A stretch of DNA of 64,000 nucleotides from Clostridiales bacterium. Lineage in GTDB: Bacteria; Bacillota; Clostridia; Christensenellales; Aristaeellaceae. Under the pieces are notes generated by a model that had not been told where the DNA came from, searched no databases, and worked only from the letters and a program-made list of their open reading frames with translations. A program made the position numbers and the translations under genes. Location of the stretch: the NCBI GenBank assembly GCA_004557905.1, contig SFFH01000001.1, forward strand, positions 83,623 to 147,622, written 5' to 3'. Shown here one piece after another: positions 18,565-27,038 of the stretch (positions within the stretch are counted from its first letter, which is position 1; every line of letters begins with the position of its first letter).

Positions 18565-19185
18565 TTGATCATGGAGAAGTATAAGCAGGCGCTGCGGGAT
18601 TTTCTGGCCGGCGTGATGCCGGGGCGGGAAAACGCGCTGGTCTTCGGCGAAGGGCCGCTGCATCCGAAGCTGATGCTCATCGGTGAGGCGCCGGGCGAGC
18701 AGGAGACGCTGATGGGCCGCCCGTTCGTGGGCAAGGCGGGCAAGAATCTCGACCGCTTTCTGGAGCTGGCCGGCATGCGCCGCGAGGAGATCTACATCTC
18801 CAACGCCGTCAAGATCCGTCCGACGAAGACCGGAAAAACGGGCCGCATTTCCAACCGCCCGCCGACGAAGGAGGAAATCGCGCTGTTTCGCCCTTGGCTG
18901 CTGCGGGAGATCGACCTCGTTGCGCCTCAGGTGATCGCGACGCTGGGCAACGTGCCGCTGTTTGCGGTCACGGGCGATAAAAGGCTGACCATCGGCGAGG
19001 CACACGGCAGAGCGATGGAGGCGGGCGAGACGGGACGCCGGCTCTTTGCGCTGTACCACCCGGCAAGCCTGATTTACAACCGCGCGCTTGAGCCGGTGTA
19101 TGAGCAGGATGTGCGCGCGCTGGCGGCGTGGATTGCCCGGGATGCGTGCGGCGCCGCGATTTCGGACGCGAAAACGGACATTTGA
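18565..19185 (+). CDS. Family-4-like uracil-DNA glycosylase paralog lacking the Fe-S cysteines
   Basis: 'GEAPGEQETLMGRPFVGKAGKNL' and 'HPASLIY' are present. The CxxC and KCRPP cysteines are absent. There is an insertion 'TKTGKTGRIS'. Confidence 0.75.
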   Translation: MIMEKYKQALRDFLAGVMPGRENALVFGEGPLHPKLMLIGEAPGEQETLMGRPFVGKAGKNLDRFLELAGMRREEIYISNAVKIRPTKTGKTGRISNRPPTKEEIALFRPWLLREIDLVAPQVIATLGNVPLFAVTGDKRLTIGEAHGRAMEAGETGRRLFALYHPASLIYNRALEPVYEQDVRALAAWIARDACGAAISDAKTDI

Positions 19186-19250
19186 GACAGAATGTCTTTC
19201 CTTCATCCCAGAGACGTGATATGCTGGACGCACAGAAGAATGGGGGGAAA

Positions 19251-19748
19251 ATGAGAATGCTTACAAACCTGATGGCAAATTTGCCCATCCTGCTGTGCCT
19301 GATGCTGGGCGCGGCGCTGATGATCGTGGAGGTGTTCCTGCCGGGCTTTGGCCTGCCGGGCGTGTCGGGCATCGTGCTCATCGGCGCGGGCACGGTTATC
19401 ATCTGGCTCAAGGCCGGCGCGCTGACCGCGCTGGCGACGCTGCTGGTGGTGATCGCCGTGCTGGCGGTGCTGATTTCCTATATGATGCGCCGCGCGACGG
19501 AGGGCGGCGCGCACGCGAGAATCTTCCTGCGCGAGAAGGAGGAGCTGCGCAGCGGCGAGGATATGCAGGTGCTGCTGGGGAAACAGGGCCGCACGACCAG
19601 CGTGCTGCGGCCGGCGGGCATCGGCGACTTTGACGGCGTGAGGCTGAATGTGGTCACCGAGGGCAGCTTCATCGAGCGGGACAGGCCGATTGAAATCGTG
19701 AATGTGGATGGGGCGCGCATCGTCGTGCGCGAACGGCAGAGCGCCTGA
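19251..19748 (+). CDS. NfeD-family membrane protein
   Basis: N-terminal TM helices and a C-terminal OB-like 'GRTTSVLRPAGIGDFDGVRLNVVTEG'. Located upstream of floA. ATG at 19251 follows GGGGGG. Confidence 0.8.
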   Translation: MRMLTNLMANLPILLCLMLGAALMIVEVFLPGFGLPGVSGIVLIGAGTVIIWLKAGALTALATLLVVIAVLAVLISYMMRRATEGGAHARIFLREKEELRSGEDMQVLLGKQGRTTSVLRPAGIGDFDGVRLNVVTEGSFIERDRPIEIVNVDGARIVVRERQSA

Positions 19749-19784
19749 CGCATATGAACTGAGGAAGAGGAGAGGGGAATTGTC

Positions 19785-20762
19785 ATGGCTGAAAGCATTG
19801 TTCTGATCTTTGCAATCGTCGTCATCATCATCGTGTTTCTGAGCTTTGTGCCGCTGAACCTGTGGATTTCCGCGCTGGCCTCCGGCGTGCACGTCTCGAT
19901 CTTCACGCTGATCGGCATGAAGATCCGCCGTGTGTCCCCGTCCAAGATCGTCAGCCCGCTGATCAAGGCGGAAAAGGCGGGTCTGGCGATGGAGATCAGC
20001 AAGATGGAGGCGCATTACCTGGCGGGCGGCAACCTCGACCGCGTGATCACCGCGCTCATCACGGCGCGCGGCGCGAACATTAAGCTGGATTTCCCGGAGG
20101 CATGCGCCATCGATCTGGCGGGACGCGACGTCCTGCAGGCCGTGCAGATGAGCGTCAACCCCCGCGTCATCGAGACGCCGGTCATCGCCGCGATCGCCAA
20201 GGACGGCATTGAGCTGCGCGCCAGGGCGCGCGTCACCGTCCGCGCGAACATCGAGCGGCTGGTCGGCGGCGCGGGCGAGGAGACGATCGTCGCGCGCGTG
20301 GGCGAGGGCATCGTCACCACGGTCGGCTCCGCGCAGACGCACAAGGAGGTTCTGGAGAATCCGGATCTCATTTCCCGCACGGTGCTGGACAAGGGCCTGG
20401 ATGCGGGCACGGCGTTTGAGATCCTGTCCATCGATATCGCGGATGTGGACGTGGGCCGCAACGTCGGCGCGCAGCTGCAGATGGACCAGGCGGAGGCGGA
20501 TCGCCGCATCGCCCAGGCGAAGGCGGAGGAGCGCCGCGCCATGGCCGTCGCGCGCGAGCAGGAGATGAAGGCCGCCGCGCAGGAGCAGCGCGCCAAGGTC
20601 ATCGAGGCCGAGGCGGAGGTGCCCAAGGCGATGGCTGCCGCGCTGCGCGAGGGCAAGCTGGGCGTGATGGACTACTACCAGATGCAGAACACCATCGCCG
20701 ATACCTCCATGCGCGACGCGATCGCGGGCATGGGCGGCGCGCAGAACGCGCCCAAGAAGTAA
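19785..20762 (+). CDS. floA: Flotillin-like protein FloA (YqfA/UPF0365)
   Basis: Near-colinear match with B. subtilis YqfA as remembered ('[38 protein letters not shown]..'). Confidence 0.95.
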   Translation: MAESIVLIFAIVVIIIVFLSFVPLNLWISALASGVHVSIFTLIGMKIRRVSPSKIVSPLIKAEKAGLAMEISKMEAHYLAGGNLDRVITALITARGANIKLDFPEACAIDLAGRDVLQAVQMSVNPRVIETPVIAAIAKDGIELRARARVTVRANIERLVGGAGEETIVARVGEGIVTTVGSAQTHKEVLENPDLISRTVLDKGLDAGTAFEILSIDIADVDVGRNVGAQLQMDQAEADRRIAQAKAEERRAMAVAREQEMKAAAQEQRAKVIEAEAEVPKAMAAALREGKLGVMDYYQMQNTIADTSMRDAIAGMGGAQNAPKK

Positions 20763-20789
20763 GACGCAGAGGCGGAAGGAGGAACGCGC

Positions 20790-21203
20790 GTGAGAGACTT
20801 TCCGATTCTGCCCATCCTGCTGATCCTGTATGTCATCGCCGTTGCCGGCGGCAGGAAGAAGAAAACGACCAAGCAGAACAGGCAGCGGCAAAGACCTGCG
20901 CGCGCAGCCTCCCGGACCCAAACGCGGGAGGAGCGCCCCCGCACGCGCACGGAGCAGACGGCGCAGGGGTTTTCCACGGCGTTTGCACGGAAGCAGAGCG
21001 CGCCGGTTCCCGAGGGAGAGGATCCCTGCCACCCCGCGCCAAAGTGCGAACAGGTGCAGGCAGACAGACAGGCACGGGAGCCTGAGCAGGAGACGGAGCC
21101 GGATGCGCTGGCGCAGGACGTGCTGCGCGGCATCGTCATGAGCGAGATTCTGACCAGGCCGTGCGAGCGGAGAGCGAGAAACAGGCAGGGGTATCATGGA
21201 TAA
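20790..21203 (+). CDS. Small membrane-anchored protein with a highly charged tail (in the YqfB position)
   Basis: One N-terminal TM helix then an R/Q/E-rich tail. GTG start after GGAAGGAGG. Synteny with the B. subtilis yqeZ-yqfA-yqfB arrangement. Confidence 0.5.
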   Translation: MRDFPILPILLILYVIAVAGGRKKKTTKQNRQRQRPARAASRTQTREERPRTRTEQTAQGFSTAFARKQSAPVPEGEDPCHPAPKCEQVQADRQAREPEQETEPDALAQDVLRGIVMSEILTRPCERRARNRQGYHG

Positions 21204-21966
21204 CGAGATTCGCGTGGTGATTGCGGACGATCAGGAGGGCATGCGCCTGATCCTGCGCAAGATGATCGACAAGGCGCAGGGCTTTACGATCTGCGCAGAA
21301 GCCGACAGCGGCGACAAGGTGCCCGCGCTGGTGGAGCAATATAAGCCGCACGTCTGCTTCCTGGACGTGGAAATGCCGGGCATGACGGGCATCGAGTGCG
21401 CGAAGGCCATCCAGGACATGGATCCGCACACGATCATCGTCTTCGCCACGGCGCACGAGGGCTACATGGCGCAGGCGTTTGAGATGTACGCGTTTGACTA
21501 CATGGTGAAGCCCTTCAAGATGGAGCGCGTGATGAAGACGCTCGAGCGCATCCGCGAGGTCGTGCTGGGCCGGCAGGCCGCGCAGCAGCCTGTGGGCGGG
21601 ACGGTGACGGCCGTTGCCAAGGCGCGCACCGCGCCCAGCGGCCGCATCATGCTCCATCACAAGGAAGGCGTGAACTTTGTCAGCCAGTCGGACATCCTGC
21701 TGGTGCAGCGCGAGAACCGCTCCACCGTGCTCTACGCCACCGGCGGACGGCGCTTTGAGACCAGCGAGGCGCTGGGCGACGTGGAGGAGAGGCTGGATCC
21801 CCGAATCTTCTTCCGGTGCCACAAGTCCTACATCATCAACCTCAACGTGATTGACAGCATCACGCCGTACGGCCGCTGGACCTATGTCGTTCATCTGGTC
21901 GGAACGGATCAGGACGCGCTGATCACGCATGAAAAATACGAGGAGCTGGAGCGGATGTTCTCCTGA
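21196..21966 (+). CDS. LytTR-family response regulator
   Basis: Receiver 'VVIADDQ..LDVEMPGMTG' plus a C-terminal LytTR domain ('FFRCHKSYIINL'). Confidence 0.9.
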   Translation: MDNEIRVVIADDQEGMRLILRKMIDKAQGFTICAEADSGDKVPALVEQYKPHVCFLDVEMPGMTGIECAKAIQDMDPHTIIVFATAHEGYMAQAFEMYAFDYMVKPFKMERVMKTLERIREVVLGRQAAQQPVGGTVTAVAKARTAPSGRIMLHHKEGVNFVSQSDILLVQRENRSTVLYATGGRRFETSEALGDVEERLDPRIFFRCHKSYIINLNVIDSITPYGRWTYVVHLVGTDQDALITHEKYEELERMFS

Positions 21967-22023
21967 GCGGCGCGCGCTGCATGCAGCCGCCCCTAAAAAG
22001 TTGCAAAAAGTTGAGAATTCTGC

Positions 22024-22052
22024 TTGCAATTCAAGGATAAACGTGATACAAT
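22024..22052 (+). promoter_or_regulatory. Sigma-A promoter of rpsT
   Basis: TTGCAA, 17 nt, TACAAT, with an upstream TG. Confidence 0.65.
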
Positions 22053-22096
22053 AGTCCATGCTGATTATCTGAATACACCCGAGGAGGTGAATTCCC

Positions 22097-22339
22097 ATGC
22101 CGAACATCAAGTCTGCTATCAAGCGCGTCAGCGTGACCGAGCACAAGACCATTCGCAACAAGATGGTCAAGTCTGCGACCAAGACCGCGCTCAAGAAGTT
22201 CAATACCAATGCGACTGCTGAAATGCTGAGCTCCGCCTCCGCCGCCGTTGACAAGGCTGCTGCGAAGGGCGTTATCTCTAAGAATGCCGCGAACCGTCAG
22301 AAGGCGCGTATGGCGCGTGTGCTGGCCAAGGCTGAGTAA
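22097..22339 (+). CDS. rpsT: 30S ribosomal protein S20
   Basis: 'MPNIKSAIKRV..' followed by a basic helical protein of 80 aa. Confidence 0.95.
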   Translation: MPNIKSAIKRVSVTEHKTIRNKMVKSATKTALKKFNTNATAEMLSSASAAVDKAAAKGVISKNAANRQKARMARVLAKAE

Positions 22340-22354
22340 TTCTCACGCTTGATC

Positions 22355-22378
22355 CCCTCCCTTTGGGAGGGTTTTTTT
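22355..22378 (+). terminator. rpsT terminator
   Basis: ccctccc-ttt-gggaggg followed by ttttttt. Confidence 0.85.
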
Positions 22379-22403
22379 GTTGCCCGGAATCGGTTGAGCG
22401 CAT

Positions 22404-22429
22404 GAAAAAACTCCCGCAAATTGCGGGAG
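22404..22429 (-). terminator. Terminator of the LacI-family gene
   Basis: On the minus strand: ctcccgcaatttgcgggag followed by tttttt. Confidence 0.75.
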
Positions 22430-22442
22430 AAAGGCAAAAGAT

Positions 22443-23495
22443 TCAGCTGCGTTTCCGGTATCCCAGCTTCGCGCCGCAGCTTTCGCGCACGATGAGCGTC
22501 GCCTCGCGCATCATGGAAAAGGACTGTGTCCGGTTGCCCTCGCGGGCGACGAGCAGCTCGCGCACGGCGCTCTGCGTCATCTCCTCGGGGTGCAGATCGA
22601 TCGAGGTCAGCGGGGGATCGGTGTAGGGGCAGAAGAACTGGTTGTCGCAGCCGATGATCGCCATATCCTCCGGCAGGCGAAGGCCCATCTGCTTGAGCTG
22701 CTTGATCGCGCCCAGCGCCATCTGATCGTTGAAGGCGATGATCGCCGTCGGCCAGCGCTTGCGCTCGAGCCCGGAGAGCATGCGCAGGATGGCGCGCTCG
22801 CCGCTCTCTGCGTCGAAGCCTGCATCCACGTGATACGCGGGATCGTCCGGCAGATCGAGCGCGCGCAGCTCCTCAAGGAAGTTTTCGCCGCGCTTGCTGT
22901 TGTCCTTGAACTGCATGGAGCCGCCGATGAACGCGATGCGCCGGTGGCCGAGCGCGTGCAGATGGCGCACGGGCAGGCGGGAACAGCTGGCCAGGTCGCT
23001 GTGAATGCAGATGCAGTCCATCTTCACCGAGGGCGGGCAGATCGTAGCGACGGGCATGTAATTCTTGAGACGGACGAGCGCGTCGGCCAGGCCGGAGCGC
23101 TCTGTGGACCAGATGCCGCCGGCGAAGATGACGCCGTCGATGCGCCGGCGAATCAGCTCGTCCACCAGCGTGCGGGGGATGGGCTTGTTTTCCTGAATCT
23201 GGAAGAGCCAGGCGTAGTATCCGTGCGCCTCCGCTTCCTTATAGGCTTCGTTATAGATGCGGGTAAAGTAGGGATTGATGACCGCCGGCATGACGATGGC
23301 GATGGTCCTGCTCTGTCCGTCCTCCAGGTGCTGTGCGGAGGCGCTTGGCGCATAGGCATGGGCGTCGATGACGCGCTGTACCTTTTCCCGCGTGGCGTCG
23401 CGCACGTTGCTGTCGCCGCGCACAACGCGGGTGACGGTCGCGGTGGATACGCCGGCTTCGCGGGCGATATCGTAGATGGTCGCTTTTTTCTGCAT
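22443..23495 (-). CDS. LacI-family transcriptional regulator
   Basis: 'ATIYDIAREAGVSTATVTRVV' HTH and a periplasmic-binding-protein-like core. Confidence 0.9.
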   Translation of the reverse strand: MQKKATIYDIAREAGVSTATVTRVVRGDSNVRDATREKVQRVIDAHAYAPSASAQHLEDGQSRTIAIVMPAVINPYFTRIYNEAYKEAEAHGYYAWLFQIQENKPIPRTLVDELIRRRIDGVIFAGGIWSTERSGLADALVRLKNYMPVATICPPSVKMDCICIHSDLASCSRLPVRHLHALGHRRIAFIGGSMQFKDNSKRGENFLEELRALDLPDDPAYHVDAGFDAESGERAILRMLSGLERKRWPTAIIAFNDQMALGAIKQLKQMGLRLPEDMAIIGCDNQFFCPYTDPPLTSIDLHPEEMTQSAVRELLVAREGNRTQSFSMMREATLIVRESCGAKLGYRKRS

Positions 23496-23579
23496 ACGGA
23501 CCTCTTTCTGCCGCGCGCAGAAAGCGCCTGCGGCTTCATGCGATCATTATACAGCAAGGCGCGCAAGTGGGCAAGCACA

Positions 23580-23601
23580 AAAATGTTACCGGTAACATTT
23601 T
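23580..23601. promoter_or_regulatory. LacI-type operator O1 (perfect palindrome)
   Basis: aaaatgttacc|ggtaacatttt, a 22-bp perfect inverted repeat. Confidence 0.75.
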
Positions 23602-23663
23602 TGACGAGATAACTTCTGTCTGAAAGAGGGTATGAATTTCAAAAAGAAAACATGCACAAAACC

Positions 23664-23692
23664 TTGACCATGCACTTGTGAAGGTGTATAAT
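23664..23692 (+). promoter_or_regulatory. Sigma-A promoter of the ABC/glycan operon
   Basis: TTGACC, 17 nt, TATAAT. Confidence 0.65.
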
Positions 23693-23749
23693 GAGTTCAA
23701 CGAAAGGGCGGAAATCATGCACCAGATAACGGCTGAGAATTGTACAGTC

Positions 23750-23771
23750 AAAATGTTATCGGTAACATTTT
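23750..23771. promoter_or_regulatory. LacI-type operator O2
   Basis: aaaatgttatc|ggtaacatttt, one mismatch to O1. It lies 170 bp centre-to-centre from O1 and downstream of the -10 element. Confidence 0.75.
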
Positions 23772-23803
23772 TGAAGCCTGAAAATGAAAGGGAGGAACAC
23801 TTC

Positions 23804-25045
23804 ATGAAGAAACTGTTTGCTGTGCTGCTGGCCGTGCTGATGGTGGCCGTGATGGCGACCGCGATGGCCGAGACGACCCTCAAGGTCGCCGGCTGGGACA
23901 TCACCACCACGCCGTACTACACCGCGATCAAGGAAGGCTTTGAGGCAGCGAACCCGGACATCAAGATCGAGTGGGTTGACCTCGCTTCCCAGGACTACAA
24001 CATCAAGGCGAGCACCATGCTCTCCGGCGGCGACACCACCGACCTGTACTGCGTCAAGGAGCTCTCCGACCTGCAGAACTGGTCCAAGGAAGGCCTCGTC
24101 GTGCCGATGAACGACATGATCGCGGCCGACGGCTACGACATGAGCAAGTACGCCGGCATGGACGCCTGCTACGTCAGCATGGCCGACGGCCAGCAGTATG
24201 CGCTGCCGTTCCGCGCGGACTTCTGGGTCATGTTCTACAACAAGGATCTGTTTGACAAGGCGGGCGTGGCGTATCCGACCAACGACTGGACCTGGGACGA
24301 GTACGCCGCCATCGCCCGCGAGGTGGCCGAGAAGACCGGCGCGTACGGCACCCACTATCACACCTGGCTGTCCTGCGTGGCCAACTGGGCGGTCTGCGAC
24401 GGCGTGAACACGCTGGCCGACGGCAAGTATGACGATCTCGTGTACTTCTACGAGCTCTACCAGGGCCTCGAGGACGACGGCATCTGCATGAGCTACGACG
24501 AGCTGAAGGCCTCCGGCATGCACTACTCCGGCGCGTTCGCGCAGGGCAATGTGGCCATGATGCCGATGGGCTACTGGTATGCCTCCACCCTGATCGGCTA
24601 CATCAAGGACGGCACCGCCTCCATGAACTGGGGCATCGCCGCCGTGCCGCATCTGGAGGGCGTCGCCGCGGGTTCCTCCTTCGGTTCTCCGACCGGCATC
24701 GCCATCAGCGCCGCCAGCGCGAATAAGGACGCTGCCTGGAAGTTCGCTTCCTGGATGTGCTCTGAGGACGGCGCGAAGGCCATCGCGACGACCGGCACCC
24801 GTCCGGCGTATGTGAGCGAGGGCGTCGCCGAGGTTATGGCTTCTGCGGAAGGCTTCCCGACCGACGAGACCAGCAAGGGCGCGCTGCTGCCGGCTGCCAT
24901 CGCCCTGGAGTGGCCGATTGGCGAGGGCGTCAACGAGATCAAGACCATCGTGAACGAGGAGCACACCCTCATCATGACCCGTGAGGTCGAGATCAATGAA
25001 GGCATCGCGGCCATGGAAGAGCGCGCTGCCGAGTACATCAAGTAA
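23804..25045 (+). CDS. ABC transporter extracellular sugar-binding protein
   Basis: Signal peptide 'MKKLFAVLLAVLMVAVMATAMA' and family-1 SBP features. ATG at 23804 follows AAGGGAGG. Confidence 0.85.
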   Translation: MKKLFAVLLAVLMVAVMATAMAETTLKVAGWDITTTPYYTAIKEGFEAANPDIKIEWVDLASQDYNIKASTMLSGGDTTDLYCVKELSDLQNWSKEGLVVPMNDMIAADGYDMSKYAGMDACYVSMADGQQYALPFRADFWVMFYNKDLFDKAGVAYPTNDWTWDEYAAIAREVAEKTGAYGTHYHTWLSCVANWAVCDGVNTLADGKYDDLVYFYELYQGLEDDGICMSYDELKASGMHYSGAFAQGNVAMMPMGYWYASTLIGYIKDGTASMNWGIAAVPHLEGVAAGSSFGSPTGIAISAASANKDAAWKFASWMCSEDGAKAIATTGTRPAYVSEGVAEVMASAEGFPTDETSKGALLPAAIALEWPIGEGVNEIKTIVNEEHTLIMTREVEINEGIAAMEERAAEYIK

Positions 25046-25060
25046 GCAATCGCCTGAAGA

Positions 25061-25089
25061 GGGGAGGGCGCCGGGCGCCTTCCCCTTTT
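25061..25089 (+). terminator. Intra-operon stem-loop / partial terminator after the SBP gene
   Basis: ggggagggcgcc-g-ggcgccttcccc followed by tttt. Confidence 0.6.
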
Positions 25090-25222
25090 GTTCAGGATCA
25101 TGTCGTCAAGAGGCGCTGCGGATGAAGCACCGCCCCTGCAGAAATGCGTTTGCCGCATGTGCAGGGTCGATTCTTGACCGCAGGAACAACCGGTTACCAA
25201 CGCAGGAAAGGAAGTGGATCTG

Positions 25223-26167
25223 ATGACTGCCAGCCAGGCCAACAGCCGCCGGAAGATGAGCGCGCTTGAAAAGCGCAATACGCTCATTGCGTATTCGTTC
25301 CTTGCGCCGAACTTCATCGGCTTTGTGATCTTCACGCTGATTCCCGTCATCTTCTCGTTCGCGCTCGCTTTCATGGATTGGGGCGGCGGCGCGAACATCA
25401 CGTTCGTGGGCCTTGACAATTTCCGCTATATCTTCAAGGACTTCTCCTTCACCAAGAGCAACCTGGGCATTGCGCTCAAAAACACGGTGTTCTACACGCT
25501 GGTCACTGTGCCGCTGACGCTGCTGTGTGCGCTGGGCTTTGCGCTGATCCTGAACAAGGCCGTGAAGGGCGCCAAGTTCTTCCGCGCCGTGTTCTTCTTC
25601 CCGTATGTCGCGTCCCTGGTGGCCATCTGCGTCTGCTGGAACTTCCTGCTGATGAAGAACGGCCCGGTCAACCAGATTCTCAACGCGATGGGCTTTCACA
25701 TGACCAAGAGCTGGACGTCCAGCCGCGATCTGGCGATCTGGGCGATCATCATCGTCTCCGTCTGGCGCAACGCCGGCTACTACATGGTCATGTATCTGGC
25801 CGGCCTGCAGGGCGTGCCGGGCGAGCTGTATGAGGCGGCGACCATCGACGGCGCAAACGCCTGGCAGAGGTTCACCAACGTCACCCTGCCGATGCTGACG
25901 CCGACCACGTTCTTCAACTCCATCATGATGGTCATCTCCTGCTTCAAGATCTACGACGTCGTCGCCATCATGACGCAGGGCGGCCCGGGTCGTTCCACCA
26001 AAATGCTGGTCACCTACATCTTCGAGCTGAGCTTCGGCGGCGAGAATATCGCGACCTCCGCGCAGTACGGCGTGGCGAGCGCGGTATCCATGGTGCTGCT
26101 GGCGATCGTGCTGCTGGTCACGTTCGTGCAGTTCCGCGGCGAGAAGAAGTGGGTCAACTACATGTAA
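25223..26167 (+). CDS. Carbohydrate ABC transporter permease (MalF-like)
   Basis: EAA-type loop 'AATIDGANAWQRFTNVTLP' and six TM helices. Confidence 0.9.
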   Translation: MTASQANSRRKMSALEKRNTLIAYSFLAPNFIGFVIFTLIPVIFSFALAFMDWGGGANITFVGLDNFRYIFKDFSFTKSNLGIALKNTVFYTLVTVPLTLLCALGFALILNKAVKGAKFFRAVFFFPYVASLVAICVCWNFLLMKNGPVNQILNAMGFHMTKSWTSSRDLAIWAIIIVSVWRNAGYYMVMYLAGLQGVPGELYEAATIDGANAWQRFTNVTLPMLTPTTFFNSIMMVISCFKIYDVVAIMTQGGPGRSTKMLVTYIFELSFGGENIATSAQYGVASAVSMVLLAIVLLVTFVQFRGEKKWVNYM

Positions 26168-26182
26168 GGGAGGTGCGATGTC

Positions 26183-27037
26183 ATGACCGCCAAGAAGAGC
26201 TATGTCAACCTGAGCGCGGGCAGGATCGCGCTTTCCATCCTCAAGTACGGCCTGCTGCTTGCCCTGACCGTGGTGGCGCTGGTGCCGTTTGTCTGGATGA
26301 TCTCCTCGTCGCTCAAGACGAGCATCGATGTGTTCTCCGTGCCGATGAAGTGGATTCCCACGGAGTTCCACTGGGACAACTATCTCAAGATCTGGGAGCG
26401 CGTGCCGCTGCTGGTCTATTTCAAGAACACCGCCGTGGTAGCGATCATCGTCACCTTCATGCAGATCCTCACGTCCTCCTTCGCGGCGTACGCGTTTGCG
26501 AAGATGCAGTTCCGGGGACGTGACCTGCTGTTCATGTGCTACATCGGCACCATCGCGGTGCCGTGGCAGGTGTACATGGTGCCGCAGTTCATCATGATGC
26601 GCTCCATCGGCCTGTATGACACGATCTGGGCGCTGGTGGTGCTGCAGAGCTTCACGGCGTTCGGCGTGTTCCTGATGCGCCAGTTCTATCTGGGCATCCC
26701 GAACGACCTGAGCGAGGCTGCCCGCATCGACGGCCTGTCCGAGTACGGCATCTGGGCGCGCATCATCCTGCCGCTGGCCAAGCCGGCCATCGCGACGCTG
26801 TGCATCTTCACCTTCGTCAACACCTGGAACGACTACATGGGCCCGATGATCTACCTGACCACGGACCTCAACAAGACGATTCAGGTCGGCCTGCGCCGCT
26901 TCATCCAGGCGTATTCCGCCGATTACAACCTGATCATGGCGGCCTCCCTGTGTTCGCTGATTCCGGTTGCCGTCGTGTTCCTGTTCCTGCAGCGTTACTT
27001 TATCGAGGGCATTGCCACCACCGGCATGAAGGGCTGA
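26183..27037 (+). CDS. Carbohydrate ABC transporter permease (MalG-like)
   Basis: 'EAARIDGLSEYGIWARIILPLAKP'. Confidence 0.9.
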   Translation: MTAKKSYVNLSAGRIALSILKYGLLLALTVVALVPFVWMISSSLKTSIDVFSVPMKWIPTEFHWDNYLKIWERVPLLVYFKNTAVVAIIVTFMQILTSSFAAYAFAKMQFRGRDLLFMCYIGTIAVPWQVYMVPQFIMMRSIGLYDTIWALVVLQSFTAFGVFLMRQFYLGIPNDLSEAARIDGLSEYGIWARIILPLAKPAIATLCIFTFVNTWNDYMGPMIYLTTDLNKTIQVGLRRFIQAYSADYNLIMAASLCSLIPVAVVFLFLQRYFIEGIATTGMKG

Positions 27038-27038
27038 T

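Noticed and set aside
19203-21197. 664-aa minus-strand ORF
   Set aside because: It is antisense to NfeD, FloA and the downstream gene. FloA is near-identical in layout to B. subtilis YqfA, so the plus strand is the coding strand.
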